From Candidatus Omnitrophota bacterium (GTDB lineage: Bacteria > Omnitrophota > Gorgyraeia > Gygaellales > Profunditerraquicolaceae), in the NCBI GenBank assembly GCA_026416665.1, contig JAOAET010000015.1, forward strand, positions 4,433 to 68,432: a stretch of 64,000 bases of DNA, written 5' to 3'. Below, in pieces: positions 59,356 through 64,000 of the stretch. A program made the translations under genes and the position numbers. Every line of letters begins with the position of its first letter. Position 1 is the first letter of the stretch. The notes under the pieces are model-generated. The model did not search any database, was not told where the DNA came from, and was given only the letters and a program-made list of their open reading frames with translations.

Positions 59356-61091
59356 TATTCTGTTTTTAGAATCATTTTTAACTTTTTCTGCAAGAACTCC
59401 TCTACTGCATACGCAGTGGGAAGAGTCAAGACATACCTAGCTATTTCTTTTGCCTCGCTGAAATTCACACTGCGAATTATATATTTTATCTGTGGAATAG
59501 ATAAGGAAGAAACACTAAACTCATCTAGTTCCATACCCAAAAGCATAAGGGTAAAAAGCTCATCAGAGGCCATCTCACCGCACATAGCCACCCAGATGTT
59601 GTGTGAATGTGCTGCTTCAATAACTGTCTTAATCATCCGCAACACTGCCGGATGAGCTGGTTCATATAAATAGGCGACTTTTTCATTAGTCCTATCCACT
59701 GCTAACGAATATTGAATAAGGTCATTAGTTCCTATTGAGAAAAAATCTGCTTCTTGTGCCAAGACATCTGCGGTCATTACTGCTGAAGGCACCTCAATCA
59801 TTACCCCTACTTCTAAATTATCGTTAAACGGTATTCGGTCACGACGCAATTCTTCTTTACATTCTTTCAGAATCTGGTTCGCCTGACGTAACTCCTCAAT
59901 TCCAGAAATCATCGGATACATAAGACGTAAATTACCAAAATAAGAGGCACGTAATATTGCCCTTAACTGCACCTTAAAGATATCTGGCCTAGCTAGACAG
60001 AAACGTATTGCCCGCCAACCTAAAAATGGCTCTATCTCCTTAGGCATCTCAAACTGTGAAAGGAATTTATCTCCCCCCAAATCTAAAGTGCGAATAGTCA
60101 CCGGGGCAGGATTCATCTCTTCCGCAACATGTTTATATGCGCGGAATTGCTCTTCTTCGCTAGGTGCATCTTTTCGATTCATATAGAAATATTCTGTGCG
60201 GTAAAGTCCTATCCCTGCTGCCCCATGTAATTTAATAGAAGGTATCTCTTCAGGAAGTTCTATGTTGGCATAGATTTCTACTTTGCGACCATCCAGTGTT
60301 TGAGCAGGAAGGTCTTTTACTACTAAAAACCGTTCAGCAATACCTTTGAGTTTCTTTGCCTCTTCTTCATATAACTTGAGTGTTTCTTCATCGGGATTAA
60401 CAATAACTACACCCATACTGCCGTCAACAATAAGTAAATCTGAGGACTTAATCTTCTGAGTTGCCTCAACTACACCTACGACTGCAGGAATCTCTAAAGA
60501 CTTCGCCATAATAGCAGTATGGGAGGTTTTCCCTCCTATGTCTGTAACAAAAGCACACACATGTTGCTTATGCATAGCAGCAGTATCGGAAGGAGACAAA
60601 TCGTGTGCTACCACTGCTACCCGTTCCTGGATATCTTTTAAACTGCGTTGCTCTTTACCTAATAGATTTCGTAAAAGCCTACGTCCTACATCATTAAGAT
60701 CTGCAATTCGTTCACGTAGATATTCGTCTTCAATCTTAGAAAATACTTCAATGTATTTCTTCAATACCTCTGAAACAATATAGGGCACAGCTACTTGTTC
60801 CTTTTTTAAGCGCGAAATAACCTCTTCAATTAACATACGGTCTTCAAGCACTAATAAGTGCGCATCAAATATCTGCGCTTCTTCTTTTCCCATTTCAGTA
60901 GCAATACGTTTTTGCAACTCAAGAATTTCTCTACGAGTAGCAATGAGGGCCTCTTCAAAAAGCTGAATTTGGATGGGAATCTCTTCTGGTTTAATAGGCT
61001 GAGGTAATACCTCTATCTCATCTTTACCAATCTTATATGCCTTAGCTATGGCAATACCGGGAGCTGCTGCTATTCCCTTAAGTTTAATCAT
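59355..61091 (-). CDS. ptsI: PTS enzyme I
   Basis: GGKTSHTAI (phospho-His), GLYRTE, FLGWRAIR, SIGTNDL, CGEMA. Confidence 0.96.
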   Translation of the reverse strand: MIKLKGIAAAPGIAIAKAYKIGKDEIEVLPQPIKPEEIPIQIQLFEEALIATRREILELQKRIATEMGKEEAQIFDAHLLVLEDRMLIEEVISRLKKEQVAVPYIVSEVLKKYIEVFSKIEDEYLRERIADLNDVGRRLLRNLLGKEQRSLKDIQERVAVVAHDLSPSDTAAMHKQHVCAFVTDIGGKTSHTAIMAKSLEIPAVVGVVEATQKIKSSDLLIVDGSMGVVIVNPDEETLKLYEEEAKKLKGIAERFLVVKDLPAQTLDGRKVEIYANIELPEEIPSIKLHGAAGIGLYRTEYFYMNRKDAPSEEEQFRAYKHVAEEMNPAPVTIRTLDLGGDKFLSQFEMPKEIEPFLGWRAIRFCLARPDIFKVQLRAILRASYFGNLRLMYPMISGIEELRQANQILKECKEELRRDRIPFNDNLEVGVMIEVPSAVMTADVLAQEADFFSIGTNDLIQYSLAVDRTNEKVAYLYEPAHPAVLRMIKTVIEAAHSHNIWVAMCGEMASDELFTLMLLGMELDEFSVSSLSIPQIKYIIRSVNFSEAKEIARYVLTLPTAYAVEEFLQKKLKMILKTE

Positions 61092-61357
61092 TTCAGTTCC
61101 TCTTTAGCAACAATGCGTTCAAGTTCTGCCACTGCTTGTTCTGCGTCACGCCCATCCGCTTCAATAATAATTTCACTACCTTCTTCGGCACCTAGCATCA
61201 AAATGCCCATAATGGACTTACCGTTTACCCTTTCCTTTTCACGACTAACAGTAATATGAGACTCAAATTTATTAGCGACCTGCACAAAGACTGCTGCAGG
61301 ACGCGCATGTAAACCCTGTTTGTTTTTGACAATTACTTTTTTTCTCACCACTGCCAT
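61088..61357 (-). CDS. ptsH: Phosphocarrier HPr
   Basis: GLHARPAA (His15) and NGKSIMG (Ser46). Confidence 0.95.
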   Translation of the reverse strand: MAVVRKKVIVKNKQGLHARPAAVFVQVANKFESHITVSREKERVNGKSIMGILMLGAEEGSEIIIEADGRDAEQAVAELERIVAKEELK

Positions 61358-61369
61358 ATCCAAAAAATA

Positions 61370-62608
61370 TTATTCTTCTAAAAGCCCTAAAATTAACTTA
61401 GCAAGTTTTAAGGTATCATGTCTTACCATCTGATCTTCTAAAGTTATTGTGTCATCTTCTATAACCCGATAACCCATTGCTTGAATAGACTTACGGCTAT
61501 AGGCAACAGGATAAGCTCCTTCACTGGCATAACGTTTAAGAATATGCTCTGGGATTTTAGCGGTATTCACAATGCAATAGTCTAATATCCGAGGATGGCT
61601 ATGAGAAATTAAGTATTTAATATGCATGGCTGCGTTAAAACCATCTGTCTCCCCAGGTTGAGTCATCACGTTGCAAACGTAAACTTTAACTGCTGAAGAA
61701 TTAACTATTGCTTGTGTTATCTGATGGACCAAAAGATTGGGTAAAATACTGGTAAATAATGAACCCGGACCCAACACAATAACATCCGCATCTTTAATTG
61801 CTCTGAGTGCTTCTTTAGATGCAGAAACATCAGCTGGTTTTAAAAATACCTTTTCAATAGCCTTACGTTGTTTAGGTATGTTGTTTTCTCCTTCCACAAT
61901 ACTGCCGTCTTTAAACTTGGCTACCAAAACAACTTTTTCTAAAGTTGAAGGTAAAACCTGCCCTCGCAAGGCAAGCACACGACTTGTCTCTTGCACAGCT
62001 TTTTCAAAATCACCGGTTAAGCGTGTCATTACCGTGATAAACAAATTACCAAAACTATGCCCTGCTAACTCTGAACCTTCTTCAAAACGAAACTGAAATA
62101 ATTGTCGCATCATACTAGAAGCATCCGCAAGCGCAACTAAACAGTTTCGGATATCTCCTGGTGGTAAAATATCAAATTGTTTGCGTATTCTACCAGAAGA
62201 ACCGCCGTCGTCAGCAACAGTCACAATGGCTGAGATGTTTGAACTATACTCTTTAAGACCAGTTAAAAGCATACTCAAACCCGTGCCACCGCCGATAGCT
62301 ACTATTTTTGGACCTCGAGCCAGCTGCTTACGAACATAGAGAATATCTACTAACTCATCTTGTCGGCTGGGAGGAACAAAGACATTAATCATTGCTCCGA
62401 TTAAACGTTTAATGCCTAAAATTAATAAACCCAGCCCCGAGACTAAGATAATTGCATCTAGTAATTTTATAACAAAAAAATTACTGGGAGGCAGTCCCCT
62501 AAATCCTAGTAAAAGTAGAACAATCCCAAAGGCAATAAGTCCTATCCAGCGCTTTATGCCAATACCTGGGTATAACCATAAAAAAATACGCCTGATTTTA
62601 TTTATCAT
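61370..62608 (-). CDS. YvcK/GlmR family protein with N-terminal TM helices
   Basis: IGGGTGL, VADDGGSSG, PPGDIRN, GHSFGNL, GPGSLFTS, MTQPGET. Two hydrophobic N-terminal segments. Confidence 0.92.
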   Translation of the reverse strand: MINKIRRIFLWLYPGIGIKRWIGLIAFGIVLLLLGFRGLPPSNFFVIKLLDAIILVSGLGLLILGIKRLIGAMINVFVPPSRQDELVDILYVRKQLARGPKIVAIGGGTGLSMLLTGLKEYSSNISAIVTVADDGGSSGRIRKQFDILPPGDIRNCLVALADASSMMRQLFQFRFEEGSELAGHSFGNLFITVMTRLTGDFEKAVQETSRVLALRGQVLPSTLEKVVLVAKFKDGSIVEGENNIPKQRKAIEKVFLKPADVSASKEALRAIKDADVIVLGPGSLFTSILPNLLVHQITQAIVNSSAVKVYVCNVMTQPGETDGFNAAMHIKYLISHSHPRILDYCIVNTAKIPEHILKRYASEGAYPVAYSRKSIQAMGYRVIEDDTITLEDQMVRHDTLKLAKLILGLLEE

Positions 62609-62623
62609 AAGCACGCATCAAAA

Positions 62624-63091
62624 TTACACCTTCTCATCTTCTTGCGCGATGATATCTAAAATTTGTTTCTCATTAGTGGCATTTCTTAAGTTATCACGGA
62701 AGAATTTATCTTTAAAAAGACGGGAGATGCGCGCTAATGCTTTAAGATGCGGGCCTGCAGAATCTTGAGCAGCTAAGAGAAGAAAGAAGATATAAACTGG
62801 TTCTCCATCAAGTGAATCAAAGTCTACACCTTTTTTAGATAATGCTAAAGCTGCAACCAATTTAGAGACACAATCAGTTTTGGCATGAGGAATAGCAATA
62901 CCTTGACCTATAGCAGTAGAACCTAAAGATTCGCGCTCCATAATTGCTGCTATAACTTTTGCGCGGTTTGCTTTATCTATCTCACCAGCATTAATTAGAA
63001 GATCAACTAACTCCCGAATAGCGTCTTCTTTTCGTGAAGCCTTCAAATCAGCGGTGATTGCTTGTTTAGAGAGAAAATCCATTATTCTCAT
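62624..63091 (-). CDS. PTS EIIA (Ntr/fructose-mannitol type)
   Basis: ERESLGSTAIGQGIAIPHA, FDSLDG, HLKALARISR. Confidence 0.92.
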   Translation of the reverse strand: MRIMDFLSKQAITADLKASRKEDAIRELVDLLINAGEIDKANRAKVIAAIMERESLGSTAIGQGIAIPHAKTDCVSKLVAALALSKKGVDFDSLDGEPVYIFFLLLAAQDSAGPHLKALARISRLFKDKFFRDNLRNATNEKQILDIIAQEDEKV

Positions 63092-63197
63092 AAAAAACTC
63101 CTTTCTCAAAATCTAAGTTGCAAACAGCAAGCAGCTGTCTATTTTCTTAGATTTCTACAAAATTAAAACAAGATGGAAATTTAATATTATAAGTTAA

Positions 63198-63270
63198 AGC
63201 GGGAGACGGGGTTCGAACCCGCGACAACTACCTTGGCAAGGTAGCGCTCTACCAACTGAGCTACTCCCGC
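63198..63270 (-). tRNA. tRNA-Gly (GCC)
   Basis: GCGGGAGTAGCTCAGTTGGTAGAGC, arm CTACC-TTGCCAA-GGTAG, GGTTCGAACCC. Confidence 0.96.
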
Positions 63271-63387
63271 AAGTACTAACCTTAACCTTTTATTAAAACT
63301 GTCTTTTTGTCCCTGGCTAAAAAATTTTTTATAAACCTCTTTCGAACAAATTGTTTCCTGAGTTAATTTGTCTGCTGTGGGAACTCC

Positions 63388-63469
63388 TGCGGACGGAGGG
63401 ATTTGAACCCCCACAGGTCTCCCCAACAGCTCCTAAGGCTGTCGCGTCTGCCAGTTCCGCCACGTCCGC
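63388..63469 (-). tRNA. tRNA-Leu (UAG)
   Basis: GCGGACGTGGCGGAACTGGCAGACGC, arm ACAGC-CTTAGGA-GCTGT, long variable arm. Confidence 0.95.
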
Positions 63470-63566
63470 TCACCTTAGATTAGAAATATCTTATCTCTCA
63501 TTACCACTACTAATTTAATGGTAAACCAGATAAATAATCTCGTCTCTGGTCATCTTAATAATCAAA

Positions 63567-63639
63567 TGAGCCTCCCGCGACTCGAACGCGGCACACCCAC
63601 CTTAAAAGGGTGGTGCTCTACCTGATGAGCTAGAGGCCC
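63567..63639 (-). tRNA. tRNA-Lys (UUU)
   Basis: GGGCCTCTAGCTCATCAGGTAGAGC, arm CCACC-CTTTTAA-GGTGG, T loop TTCGAGT. Confidence 0.94.
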
Positions 63640-63648
63640 AAATTTTTT

Positions 63649-64000
63649 CTAAAATTCTAAAACTTCTTTTTCTTTAACCTTCAATATTTCTTCTATCTTA
63701 GCAGAATACTTATCTACTAATTTTTGAATCTCATCTAAAGAGCGAAACTTATCATCTTCGGTAATAACTTTATCTTTTTGCCATTTTTCTAACTGTTCTT
63801 TTGCTTCATGGCGTATTGTCCGAATAGAAATCCGACCATCTTCTGCCATCTTATGAACCAGTTTTACTAATTCTTGTCTGCGCTCTTTAGAAAGCGCCGG
63901 AACAGTCAAACGTATCACTTTTCCGTCAGTAGAAGGTGTCAACCCTAAATTAGACTTTAAAATAGCTTTTTCTATCTCGGGAATAGCGCTGGGATCCCAA
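63649..64000 (-). CDS. frr: Ribosome recycling factor (5' part outside the window)
   Basis: WDPSAIPEIEKAILKSNLGLTPSTDGKVIRL, ERRQELVK, ITEDD, KEKEVL. Confidence 0.96.
   Translation of the reverse strand, partial: WDPSAIPEIEKAILKSNLGLTPSTDGKVIRLTVPALSKERRQELVKLVHKMAEDGRISIRTIRHEAKEQLEKWQKDKVITEDDKFRSLDEIQKLVDKYSAKIEEILKVKEKEVLEF

Noticed and set aside
880-62768. Numerous short plus-strand ORFs in the track (e.g. 3771..4127, 6565..6897, 18700..19092, 45598..45936, 61737..62096) and 55151..55369 on the minus strand
   Set aside because: All lie antisense to, or out of frame within, well-supported genes and show no recognisable motifs. Treated as shadow ORFs.
63187-63426. 79-aa ORF MGRPVGVQIPPSAG...
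   Set aside because: It is a translation through tRNA-Leu and tRNA-Gly.
3300-63639. tRNA introns as local substrates for RtcB
   Set aside because: All six tRNAs fold as uninterrupted cloverleaves.
1-64000. CRISPR array, rRNA, IS/transposase, or stop-codon reassignment
   Set aside because: No spaced direct repeats, rRNA-like segments or transposase ORFs were seen. TAA, TAG and TGA all terminate conserved proteins at the expected positions.

Overview
AT-rich bacterial chromosomal segment made up mostly of core genes. About 64 CDSs and 6 tRNAs, all on the minus strand except one SurA/PpiD-like chaperone. The gene content suggests an anaerobic diderm of the PVC superphylum, plausibly Omnitrophota (inference from the Minf_1886-type protein, Zn-ribbon SpoVG, LpxC-FabZ fusion, four-subunit pyruvate:ferredoxin oxidoreductase and core methionine synthase). 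In transcription order (right to left): frr; tRNA-Lys/Leu/Gly; a PTS EIIA-YvcK-HPr-EI-nucleotidyltransferase-metK-ahcY block; pfkA-fba-ilvDBNC-leuA-aroE; a secreted unknown; pilD-ttcA-rmuC through sirtuin, cutA-dsbD-tlpA and pncBA to a core Met synthase; porCDAB-ferredoxin; hisG plus a 33-aa bS22-like ORF missing from the ORF track; TPR-tkt-ispE-spoVG-tRNA-Gln-glmU-prs-rplY-pth-rpsF-ssb-rpsR-rplI-dnaB; a pilin and a CHASE2/HD-GYP pair; bamA-skp-lpxD-lpxC/fabZ-lpxA-lpxI; a CBM48 protein and a radical SAM protein; and finally tRNA-Arg(UCG)-tRNA-Lys(CUU)-archease-PilZ-RtcB-serS. The best candidate for an undescribed system is this last locus, where a stand-alone c-di-GMP-receptor (PilZ) gene sits between archease and its RtcB ligase, directly downstream of two tRNAs. 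No CRISPR array, rRNA, integrase or transposase was seen. All assignments come from motif recognition by eye; no searches were run.
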